Source: Basidiobolus meristosporus CBS 931.73 (lineage: Eukaryota > Fungi > Basidiobolomycota). From it: a DNA stretch of 64,000 nt. Positions 53,944-63,460 of the stretch are shown here, piece after piece (positions within the stretch are counted from its first letter, which is position 1; each line of letters opens with the position of its first letter). The DNA lies in the NCBI GenBank assembly GCA_002104905.1, contig MCFE01000258.1, forward strand, positions 47,644 to 111,643, written 5' to 3'. Below the pieces are notes generated by a model. The model saw only the letters and a list, made by a program, of their open reading frames with translations. It had not been told where the DNA came from and did not search any database. The position numbers and the translations under genes are program-made.

Positions 53944-54877
53944 ATGACTGACGTACGGTGGAAGTTGGTGAAAGTAGAGCCGGTGGACTTCAGTACAAGA
54001 TCTTTGAGGTGATGGCCATATGTTCGCTATGAGAGACAGTCATCTACACACAACTGGTCTCATCACCATCACGGAGGAAAGAGTGGTGGTGGAGTTGGCC
54101 ATCGATGTCAACACAGGACCAGCGGTGTTGGATGAGCTTGATATATACATCATCAATAGATACCCCCACATTAATGAAGTGTTGACCAACCTCGGTAAAA
54201 CTTGCAATGTTGTTGCCAAGAAGTCCAACTACGTCAGGACCATCAATGCTATTCCCACGAACTCGGTAAGCACTTTGTGGACTTGTTGTGCTTGTGCTCT
54301 TGCGTCACCTATACCAATGCCCACATTGTTCAACAACTTTGCACCAGAATTAATGTCAATGGTGAGCCACGTCCTTACGCCTTCTACCGTGATGTCAGTG
54401 GGACGAGGGAGACTTGGATCATGGTTGCTGCTGACAGCGTGAGAATCGGGTCTGGATTGGAAGATCTTGAGTTTAAGACTACCGGCTCCTCCTTCACCAA
54501 CTTTCATCTCTGCGAGAACACCGCCCTTCAGGATACTGATGACCATATCTTCTCCGCAACCGTCAAGGCCCACTACAACATTGACACCTCAATTGGTGTC
54601 GAGAACATTCCATTCGACCGCATCTTCAAAGGTATTCGCAAGTCCACCTTGGATGTGTTCGCCCAAGATGGCTCTGCCCCAGCCCTGGTTGATCTTGAGG
54701 CGCTTCTCTGAAGTCCAGGATGGGTGTTATGCCTTCCCTAACAGCCACCATTTCACCACCCACCTCGTACCCTTCAATCTTCCCAATGCTGGTTTGGAGA
54801 TAACGTTTTTCTGCCCAGTGACTGATTTCTCTGGATACATCACTGCCACTATGAGTTGTCGCGGTAACAAATTTTAA
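53944..54877 (+). pseudogene. uox: Frameshifted urate oxidase (uricase) pseudogene
   Basis: Uricase motifs are spread over three frames: KTCNVVAKKS; ELGKHF..AHIVQQLCTRINVNGEPRPYAFYRD, SGLEDLEFKTTGSSF, TLDVFAQDGSA; YAFPNSHHF..PVTDFSGYITAT. At least two frameshifts. The start coordinate is approximate. Confidence 0.75.
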
Positions 54878-55355
54878 TCATCATTTGTACAATTCACAAA
54901 TAGATTCATCACCAACTTCAATCAATATTTAATGGTAGCAATTTACGCAATGAAAAATTCAAACCGGATTTCATAAAATATGCTGCTGGAATTTTTCATC
55001 CATTTTCAAATATCCATAACTCCGGAATCAGTGAGCTGGTTGATACTAAATTTGGTGCGAGGGTTACTTTGGCTCGAGTCCATCTGGGAAATATGACCAC
55101 TTGCCCTCAAAGTGACTGGAGCATCTAGCATCCAAAGTTGTAACTTGAAGAAGGCTGTGATTCCTGCTGGCATTCTGCCGGCCTTTGTATTTTCTATAGG
55201 CGTTAATGTCGAAGCCATCGAGTGCTAGCCTCTCTTTTGGAACCAGTGATCGCCATCTACAATGGGTGTCCATAGATTGGGCCAAGTCAAGGTTTATACA
55301 GCTCAATTTATTGATTATGCAAAAATAATAGAGTTCGAGTTTTTCTGCTTCAGGA

Positions 55356-55862
55356 TCACGTGAAAAATTCTTTGGCATAGATTACTTCGCCTGAGACGTT
55401 CTCCAGCCCATTTGGGACCAACTCAAGTGCTCTGAAATGGGTGACTGGTGCATTGAAGCACGAGTGAATATTCCATTCGGTTGCGGGCAAGTATCCGAAC
55501 TTTGGGTAGTAGTGCTCATGGCCTAGCACAATGACCGACTTGTATCCTAATTGCTTAGCTCTGGAGTGTCCCTCATTAACCAGCAGCTTTCCTATTCCTT
55601 TCTTTTGGCAGTCCGGGTGAACAGCAAGTGGGGCCAGTGCCAGACTAATATAGCTTCCGATGGTGACTTTTGTGAACAAAATATAACCAACAACTGTACT
55701 ATTCTCAACAGCCACCAATGAAAGCTCCGGGACAAATGCTTCAGAGGTCCGAAGTCTGTTCACAAGATCGGCTTCATCGAGACCGTTAAATGCGAGCTTG
55801 TTCACATTATAGACAGCATCATAGTCAGCGGCAGTCTCTTGTCTCAATTGTACCACGGTCAT
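55356..55862 (-). CDS. GNAT N-acetyltransferase, bacterial YhbS-like (168 aa)
   Basis: LRQETAADYDAV, EADLVNRLR, VVGYILFT, LAPLAVHPDCQKKGIGKLLV, VIVLGHEHYYPKFGY. Intronless. Likely start is the ATG at 55862; the track extends to a TTG at 55967. Confidence 0.85.
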   Translation of the reverse strand: MTVVQLRQETAADYDAVYNVNKLAFNGLDEADLVNRLRTSEAFVPELSLVAVENSTVVGYILFTKVTIGSYISLALAPLAVHPDCQKKGIGKLLVNEGHSRAKQLGYKSVIVLGHEHYYPKFGYLPATEWNIHSCFNAPVTHFRALELVPNGLENVSGEVIYAKEFFT

Positions 55863-56309
55863 GGGATTAGGTATGGCTGTGGTATGACTTTCTGCACTGT
55901 ATGTTTTATATTGCGCTCGACCGCAGTGCAATATCCGCAGCTTGATCCACAAATAGAATTTTCCCAAGTAAAGTAGGCTAATTAATATGATGGGTTACGC
56001 CTTTCCGTGACCCTGATTATTGGTCTAGGAGATTTCTGGCTATTGCATTGACCATTTAACCTTAATTTAATATATTCCCAAAATCGAATATTGATTTGGA
56101 TGGATGATCTTATTTTTGTTCCAGTCAACGGTCAGGGGAGGGAAAGTCACCACAATTGGTATTGCCCTTATTCCCAAGTACAAATCTGCATTATTTCCGA
56201 ATAATGAAGCCTGTAAGAAACCACAGATCTCATATATGGGGACTTAACTTGTGCTTAGCTTCCAGTTTACTATTGGGATAAATAAAGTAAGGAAAACTAG
56301 TTATGTATT

Positions 56310-56634
56310 AGCTTTGGAGATATTGAGAGTGAATTGAGAGCATGCAGGTTATATGGTCTTTCACTTAATGATTGAACAAAGGAAAAATGAGACTTTGTTG
56401 TAACAGTTCTGTAGATATTGGAAGTGATTGAGAAAACAAGTACATTATGTGGCTTTTGCTTGCTGATTTATTGAATGTATAAGTTGTAAAGATTGGGAAT
56501 TCCAGCTGAATATTTACCTAACTTGTTCACTTACATCATTACCTTCAAATCTTAGAGAATACTGACCAAATTTCTTTTTGGGATTTACTTGGAATAATTT
56601 CACCAAAATATCAGGTACCTAGTACATGAAAATT
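56310..56634. repeat. Copia LTR relics in both orientations, cut off where the telomeric retroelement array begins
   Basis: 56401-56486 matches the start of the LTR. 56487-56634 matches the reverse complement of its distal part and stops at catgaaaat. Confidence 0.65.
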
Positions 56635-56639
56635 AAATA

Positions 56640-58651
56640 GGGGGAGACAGTCACCAACATGTGAAATCTTTATTTCAGTTAAAACAAAGAAGCCAGTGCT
56701 ATTGTTGTAGCTTTGATACAAGAGTGCATAGCTGAGGGGAATTTGTAGGTAAGTTTACAAGAAGTGATGAAAGTTCCTCAGTGCTCAAGACACTATTCCA
56801 TGGGAAGGGTGGTAGCAAGAGGGGTAAGAATGATTTGTGAACAACATCAATGAGCAGAATATGATATGGATTGATATTCATCATAAAGGAGTGTGCTGCT
56901 TCAGATATTGCTGCCAAAGGTCTGTCAAGTACTTCAGGTAGGCCAGTTTGGGTTTTTCTGACTGCAGAATATTTTGAGCAGACTTCTTGACTTCAGGATC
57001 TCCAAGTATTGTTCTCCAGCAGGAGCCAGGTGTAGTGTGGTGTGCTCTCTTCCAGGCCTTGATCAGTGGGTTGTTGCAGTAGTGAAGTCTGAGATATAAT
57101 CTAGTTCTAAGGTAGAGAAGTCTGATCTTATAGGGCACAAACCCAAAAGTACCAAGAATAGCATGTCTGTAGGGGCATTCAGGCAGATGAGGCACCAGGG
57201 ATGAAATGCACCAGTCTGCAAACATGTCATGTTTAGTGCAGTCTCTAGAAGTAAGAGAGAGAAGTGGTAAGCCAAATTCCAGGACAGGGAAGACAAGCTG
57301 CTGGAGTAGAAGGAGGCAGTTGGGAGCTGAAGTTGTTGGAGGAGTAACAGCCAGTAGCTTGTGCAGTGCCTGTCTTGCCAGGATAATTCTCTTCTTCAGG
57401 TGTGCTCCAGAGTCTAGTCCAGTAGGAAGGAAAGGAAAGACAAGATAAGTAGCAGAAACATGAGCAGGTAGAGTGCAGTTCTCCAAGCTGATAGGACAGC
57501 CCAAAGGTACTGTCTTTGCAATGGAAAGCTGGAGATTATTCTTCTGCAGATACTGGTGGATGGTCTGGGAGTCTTGTTGCACATTGGAGGAGGATATTCT
57601 GATGTCATCAGCAAAGAGAGTAACCTGGCAGTCAGCTGAGAGTCTTGGGAAGTCATTCAGGAAGATGACAAACAGAATAGGACCAAGCACAGAGCCTTGA
57701 ACCACTCCATTAGGAACTGAGAACCCTGGTGATTGCTCACTTGGGTGCAGAATTCTTGCTTGTGGATCCAGAAACTGAGACCTGATAAGGAGAGTGAGTG
57801 ATGTACTGGAGAAGCATTGCAACTTGGACCAAAGCCAATTTCTGTCAACTGAATCAAAGGCCTTAGTAATATCAAACAGAACAGAGGGATACTTACACTG
57901 GAGAGAGTGATCTTGGCTAAGTATGACTGCTTATTTCAAGGAGAGGCCAGGAACAAAGCCAAACTGTGCAGGGTGAGAGTTGAGGGAGTCAGAATAGAGC
58001 TCCTGAGAAATCAGATGCTCAAACACCTTTCTGCAGGTTGGCAGCAGAGATATTGGCCTGTAGGAGCTAGGATCCAGGTGCTTTCCTTTATCCTTGTACA
58101 GTGGCAGAACATTGGCAAAGGACCATTCCTCAGGAGTAGAAAACTGGGCTGAGCATTGCTGAAACAGTGGAAGCAGAAGAGCAGACATGTCTTTGGTACC
58201 AGTCTTCAGAAGCTCATAGGAGATTGTGTCAGCTGGAGCAGCAGAGTTGGGAAGCCTCTTGAGCACATTATGGATTCTCTCTTGATCAAGTGCAAGTGGG
58301 ACAGGCAAAGTCTTGAAGTCAGGATGAAAGCCAGGAGTTGAGCACTGCTTTATAGAGAAGATGTTAGCCAGCTGTTCTGTTAAAGGTGACTTCCTGGAAG
58401 AGGGCCCCATTGCCCTGTAGAGTCTTGACACTGTTCTTGTTATAGAGTTGGAAGAATGCAGAGGCAAAGAGCTCACAATATGGTTCCAGAGCTGAGTATG
58501 CAGTGTGTGGTGAATTGCCTTAGAGTAGTGCATGGCTGTCAGGAGGAGTATTTCTGTTTTTGGGTTAGGGAAACTCAGGCAGCTTTGTTGCAGGGTTGAA
58601 ATAATGAATTCCCATTTTCTTGAGGTAACAGCAGTAGTCTTGCATGGCAGT
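56640..58651 (-). mobile_element. Telomere-associated LINE-type RT element, family A, proximal degenerate copy
   Basis: About 90% similar by eye to 60480-62524. One nonsense codon (57931-57933) and one 1-bp frameshift near 56890. Confidence 0.9.
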
Positions 58652-58674
58652 CCGTACAAAAAATAATTTGGCTG

Positions 58675-58687
58675 TTAGGGTTACGGG
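58675..58687 (+). repeat. Degenerate telomeric remnant TTAGGG-TTACGGG at an element junction
   Basis: Read directly from the sequence, between family A and family B elements. Confidence 0.7.
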
Positions 58688-60382
58688 TCTAAATTCTTTT
58701 ATTGAATTTGATCAAGTATAGTAATACTATTTCAACTTGATTCAACTTGAAAAGTGCAAATTGTATAAAGAAGCTATATTTATGGTAATGTGAAGGCAAA
58801 ATACTGCTCAAGTTGAGTTAAGTTCTGAAAAGAAGTTTGTCAACAAATCAGGTTAGAAAATGAAGTAAAGCTGGGAGTTATATGAAAGCAAAGCATCAAG
58901 GGAAAGTGTAGAGCTATACTACCACTTCCTGGAAGGCAGGGATCTCACAGGAAGGCAGAAGCTCAGGTCTAATTGCAGATATGATAGCAGAAAGTCTCTG
59001 GATGAGCTCTCTTTGTTTGTAAAATTGGAACAAAGATTGGGTATCTTTGAACCCAAAGCTGCTCTCTACATGAGAGAAGTAAAAATACCTGCTGCAGTAG
59101 GAGCACTTGGAACTCAAGCAAAGTATGTTCATTGTCCACCTCATGGCCTGGAAGGCAAGGAAGGAACTCCTGATGTAAAGGGATATGTCTGCCCCACTAT
59201 GGGAATGTCTACTCTCATGAGAAATAAGTCCAACTCTGTCTTTTGAGCTAGTAACTCTGGAGATATTCTCCAGCTTCCTTTTATGCATTGCTACAGAGAG
59301 AGGAATATGCTCACTAGGTGGCTTGACACTGTTGGAGGCCAGATAATCTCTATAATCATCCAGAAAGTGTATCTTCTTTCTCACCAATGACTTTGGGGTG
59401 GCTTGGACTAAGTTGTTAGTAATCTTATTGACTAAGATCTTCAAAGGATTATTGGGTGATGCTTTTGCATAGTGCTGCCCAAATCTGATACCTAAAGTCT
59501 CAAATCTGATTGGCACAGCCTCAATACCAGTCAGACTATGTATAAGCCTCTGATATTGCCTAGAATGGTAGTCAGAAGCATTGACTACCCAGCCAATAGC
59601 TTCTTGCTGCAGAGCTTGTAGCTTCATAATGAGGTCAGGATCAGCAGCCAAACACATCATAGAAGCAGCATACTCCCAAGATGACCTCACAAAGGCCTCA
59701 AATAGCTGTAGCCTAATCAGAGGATGCCATCTGGCCCCTTTGAGCTGTAGGAATCTCAAAGTGGCAGAAGCCCTTTGAATACACTTTTCAGTGTAAGCTG
59801 CCCAAGAAATACCACTTTGACAAGTTGGGAGTCAAAGGTAGCTGTAAGAGGAAGGTTGAGGCAGAAGGGAGTTATTGAAGGAAATGTTCCACTCTGGTGT
59901 AGGACCAATGTATGCTGATTTAGCAGTGTTTACCTCCATACCATTGGCAGTACACCATTGGCTGACTTTACTCAGCAAATGATTAGCTTCTGAGAGACTC
60001 CTATGCAGCAATTGGATGTCATCAGCAAATAACAGTGCAGAGGGTACAGCAGCTCCTGAGTCATTGGAGCAGAGACTTTGAGCCTGGTCATCAATGTAGA
60101 CAATGATCAGGATTGGTGAAAGCAAAGATCCCTGGAATAGCCCCCTGAGCCTGGGAAATGGAGATGATATCACACCATTAACACTAATAGTGGAATAGCA
60201 GGCTGAGAAGAGTGAGCATACAATCCTAAGAAGCTGACTGGATACATTCTGGTTCTTTAGCTTCTTCAGGAGTATTGGGATCACTACCCTATCATATGCT
60301 TGCTTTAGGTCTATAAAGATTCTGTGTTTTCTTTCTTCATGACCTGATAGGTAAAAAGCATCATGAGATACAACTGAATATG
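58688..60382 (-). mobile_element. 5'-truncated LINE-type RT element, family B
   Basis: IFIDLKQAYDRV, RGLFQGSLLSP, LFADD, then YL*LP (probably GGA>TGA) continuing in frame to 58914. C-terminal CSYC-x7-H knuckle-like motif. AATAAA in a hairpin loop just before the telomeric junction. Confidence 0.85.
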
Positions 60383-60479
60383 TTAGGGGGAGGAAAGTCA
60401 CCAAGTGGTGAAACCTTTATTTACTTATGACAAGTATCTAAAGAAGCCAAGTTAATCTGAAGTTATTCCTAGAAAGCTA
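60383..60479 (-). mobile_element. 3' tail fragment (~95 bp) of the SINE-like element
   Basis: Near-identical to 62540-62634 and to the 3' ends at 62635 and 63161. Confidence 0.85.
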
Positions 60480-62524
60480 GGGGGGGGGGAGACAGTCACC
60501 AACAGGTGAAATCTTTATTTCAGTTGAAACAAAGAAGCCAGCGCTACTGTTGTAGCTTTGATACAAGAGTGTGTAGCTGAGGGGAATTTGTAGGTAAGTT
60601 AATAAGAAGTGATGATAGGTCTTCAGTGCTCAAGACACTGTTCAGTGGGAAGGGGGGTAGCAAGAGAGGTAAGAATGACTTGTGAACAACATTAATGAGG
60701 GGAATGTGATAAGGATTGATATTCATCATAAAGGGAGTGTGCTGCTGCAGATATTGCTGCCAAAGGTCTGTCAAGTACTTCAGGTAGGCCAGCTTGGGTT
60801 TTTCTGACTGCAGAATATAGTGAGCAAACTTCTTGACTTCAGGATCTCCAAGTATAGTTCTCCAGCAGGAGTCAGGTGTAGTGTGGTGTGTTCTCTTCCA
60901 TGCCTTAATCAGTGGGTTGTTGCAGTTGTAAAGTCTGAGGTATAATCTGGTTCTAAGGTAGAGAAGTCTGATCTTATAGGGCATAAACCCAAAAGCACCA
61001 AGAATAGCATGTCTGTAGGGGCATTCAGGCAAATGAGGCACCAAGGAGGTAATGCACCATACTGCAAACTTGTCAAGCTTAGTGCAGTCTCTAGAAGTAA
61101 GAGAGAGAAGTGGTAAGCCAAATTCCAGGACAGGGAAGACAAACTGCTTGAGTAGAAGAAGGCAGCTGGGAGCTGAAGTTGTAGGAGGAGTAACAGTCAG
61201 TAGCTTGTGGAGTGCCTGTCTTGCCAGGATAATTCTCTTCTTCAGGTGTGCTCCAGAGTCTAGTCCAGTAGGAAGGAAAGAAAAGCCAAGATATGTAGCA
61301 GAAACCTGAGCAGGTAGAGTGGAGTTCTCCAAGTTGATGGGAGAGCCCAAAGGTACTGTCTTTGCAATGGAAAGCTGGAGATTATTCTTCTGCAGATACT
61401 GGTGGATGGTCTGGGAGTCTTGTTGCACATTGGAGGAGGATATTCTGATGTCATCAGCAAAGAGAGTAACCAGGCAGTCAGCTGAGAGTCTTGGGAAATC
61501 ATTCAGGAAGATGGCAAACAGTATAGGACCAAGCACAGAGCCTTGAACCACTCCATTAGGAACTGAGAACACAGCTGATTGCTCACTTGGGTGCAGAATT
61601 CTTGCTTGTGGATCCAGAAACAGAGACCTGACAAGGAGGGTGAGAGAGGTACTGGAGAAGCATTGCAACTTGGACCAAAGCAGATTTCTGTCAGCTGAAT
61701 CAAAGGCCTTAGTAATATCAAACAGAACAGAGGGATACTTGCACTGGAGAGAGTGATCTTGGCTAAGCATGACTGCATACTCCAAGGAGAGGCCAGGAAC
61801 AAAGCCAAACTGTGCAGGATGAAACTTGAGGGAGTCAGAGTAGAGCTCCTGAGCAAGCAGAAGCTCAAACACCTTTCTGCAGGTGGGCAGCAGAGATATT
61901 GGCCTGTAGGAGCTAGGATCCAGGTACTTTCCTTTACCCTTGTACAGTGGCAGAACATTTGCAAAGGACCATTCCTCAGGAGTAGAAAGCTGGGCTGAGC
62001 ATTGCTGAAACAGTGGAAGCAGAAGTGCAGACATGGCCTTGGTACTAGTCTTCAGAAGCTCATAAGAGATTGTGTCCACACCTGGAGCAGTAGAGTTGGG
62101 AAGCCTCTTGAGCACATTATGGATTCTCCTTTGGTCAAGTGCAAGTGGGATGGGCAGAGTCTTGAAGTCAGGATGAAAGCCAGGAGTTGAGTACTGCTTT
62201 GTAGAGAAGAAGATGTTAGCCAGCTGTTCTGTTGAAGGTAACTTCCTGGAAGAGGGCCTCATTGCCCTGTAGAGTCTTGATACTGTTCTTGTTATAGAGT
62301 TGGAAGATTGCAGAGGCAAAGAACTCATAATATGATCCCAGAGCTGAGTATGCAGAGTGTGGTGAATTGCCTTGGAGTGGTGTATTGCTGTCAGGAGGAG
62401 TTTCTCTGTTTTTGGGTTAGGGAAACTCAGGTAGCTTTGTTGCAGGGCTGAAACAATGGATTCCCGTTTTCTTGAGGTAACAGCAGTAGTCTTGCATGGT
62501 AGTGAGAGGGAGGCAGACACCAGA
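60480..62524 (-). mobile_element. Telomere-associated LINE-type RT element, family A, distal copy with open ORF
   Basis: 3' end is the shared stem-loop motif. The 5' end abuts (GGGTTA)3. Confidence 0.9.
60544..62520 (-). CDS. Non-LTR-type reverse transcriptase (658 open codons, no endonuclease domain visible, no ATG at the 5' end)
   Basis: APGVDTISYELLK, WSFANVLPLYKGKG..DPSSYRPISLL, QFGF, FDITKAFDS, GVVQGSVLGPILF, FADD, YLG. The track's start is GTG. Confidence 0.9.
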   Translation of the reverse strand: MSASLSLPCKTTAVTSRKRESIVSALQQSYLSFPNPKTEKLLLTAIHHSKAIHHTLHTQLWDHIMSSLPLQSSNSITRTVSRLYRAMRPSSRKLPSTEQLANIFFSTKQYSTPGFHPDFKTLPIPLALDQRRIHNVLKRLPNSTAPGVDTISYELLKTSTKAMSALLLPLFQQCSAQLSTPEEWSFANVLPLYKGKGKYLDPSSYRPISLLPTCRKVFELLLAQELYSDSLKFHPAQFGFVPGLSLEYAVMLSQDHSLQCKYPSVLFDITKAFDSADRNLLWSKLQCFSSTSLTLLVRSLFLDPQARILHPSEQSAVFSVPNGVVQGSVLGPILFAIFLNDFPRLSADCLVTLFADDIRISSSNVQQDSQTIHQYLQKNNLQLSIAKTVPLGSPINLENSTLPAQVSATYLGFSFLPTGLDSGAHLKKRIILARQALHKLLTVTPPTTSAPSCLLLLKQFVFPVLEFGLPLLSLTSRDCTKLDKFAVWCITSLVPHLPECPYRHAILGAFGFMPYKIRLLYLRTRLYLRLYNCNNPLIKAWKRTHHTTPDSCWRTILGDPEVKKFAHYILQSEKPKLAYLKYLTDLWQQYLQQHTPFMMNINPYHIPLINVVHKSFLPLLLPPFPLNSVLSTEDLSSLLINLPTNSPQLHTLVSKLQQ

Positions 62525-62545
62525 GGGTTAGGGTTAGGGTTAGGG
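62525..62545 (+). repeat. Interstitial telomeric repeats (GGGTTA)3GGG
   Basis: Read directly from the sequence, at the junction between family A and the next SINE tail. Confidence 0.9.
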
Positions 62546-62634
62546 GGAGGAAAGTCACCAAGTGGTGAAATCTTTATTTACTTATGACAAGTATCTAAAG
62601 AATCCAAGTTAATCTGAAGTTATTCCTAGAAAGC
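62540..62634 (-). mobile_element. 3' tail fragment of the SINE-like element
   Basis: Same sequence and same truncation point (agaaagct) as 60383-60479. Confidence 0.85.
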
Positions 62635-63160
62635 TTAGGGGGAGGAAAGTCACCAAGTGGTGAAATCTCTATTTACTTATGACAAGTATATAAAGAAGCC
62701 AAGTTGATCTGAAGTAATTCCTAGAAAGCTAGGTCTGAGAGATATCTTCCTGGTAAGCCAGGTCTGAGAGTTGAGAAGCTGAGTGGTACTATATTTCCTA
62801 GTTAGCTAGGTCTGAGAGAGGTTTCCTGGAAAGCCAGGCCTGAGAAGTGAGAATCTGAGTATATCTGAGGTGAGTTGTACTGATTTGCGGTAGCTTGTTT
62901 GTGGCCAGAATGGCCAGTAGACTGGGGGAACTGAGGGGTATTTCTGGGCAATCACTGGCCAAATTTACTAGGCAAATTTGACCAATTAGCATTTCAAGGA
63001 TTTCAGCCAATCAGAGCCTTTACTTTGCCCGATGGTTGATCAAGCCATCTCCCAATGAGCACACATCAATTTAATGATCAAATTTTGTTGGATCCAGGAT
63101 TTGAACCCACAACCATGGGTATGGAAGGGTTAGGGATAACCACAAGGCTAAGTGTTCTTG
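62635..63160 (-). mobile_element. Full-length tRNA-derived SINE-like element (~525 bp)
   Basis: A-box-like TAGCCTTGTGG (63150-63140) and B-box GGTTCAAATCC at tRNA spacing. No TTTT on the sense strand. The 3' tail is shared with family A. Confidence 0.75.
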
Positions 63161-63455
63161 GTTAGGGGGGAGGAAAGTCACCAAGTGGTGAAATCTTTAT
63201 TTACTTATGACAAGTATCTAAAGAAGCCAAGTTAATCTGAAGTTATTCCTAGAAAGCTAGGTCTGAGAGATATCTTCCTGGTAAGCCAGGTCTGAGAGTT
63301 GAGAAGCTGAGTGGTACTATATTTCCTAGTTAGCTAGGTCTGAGAGAGGTTTCCTGGAAAGCCAGGCCTGAGAAGTGAGAATCTGAATATATCTGAGCTA
63401 AGTGATACTGGTTTGCGGTAGCTGAATTGTGGCCGGAATGGCCAGTAGACTGGGG
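63161..63455 (-). mobile_element. 5'-truncated SINE-like copy
   Basis: Near-identical to 62635-62928. Ends at gactgggg and is followed by TTGGGTTAGGG. Confidence 0.85.
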
Positions 63456-63460
63456 TTGGG

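Noticed and set aside
54266-54347. GTAAG...CAG intron in the uricase region
   Set aside because: Splicing would give an immediate stop, and the segment itself encodes conserved uricase sequence (ELGKHF...AHIVQQ), so a frameshift explains it better.
60544-62520. Assignment to Penelope-like Athena/Coprina elements or to telomerase RT
   Set aside because: The geometry is similar, but the motifs (APGxD, YRPISLL, QxGF, GVxQGSVLGP) are those of non-LTR/LINE RTs.
62635-63160. The SINE as a functional tRNA gene or the telomerase RNA gene
   Set aside because: The acceptor, D and anticodon stems do not pair. It is multi-copy, has truncated copies and a retroelement tail. A template role is only speculation.
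62720-63366. Palindromic repeats as a CRISPR array
   Set aside because: The context is eukaryotic, there are only four short units with irregular and partly repeated spacers, and no cas genes are present.
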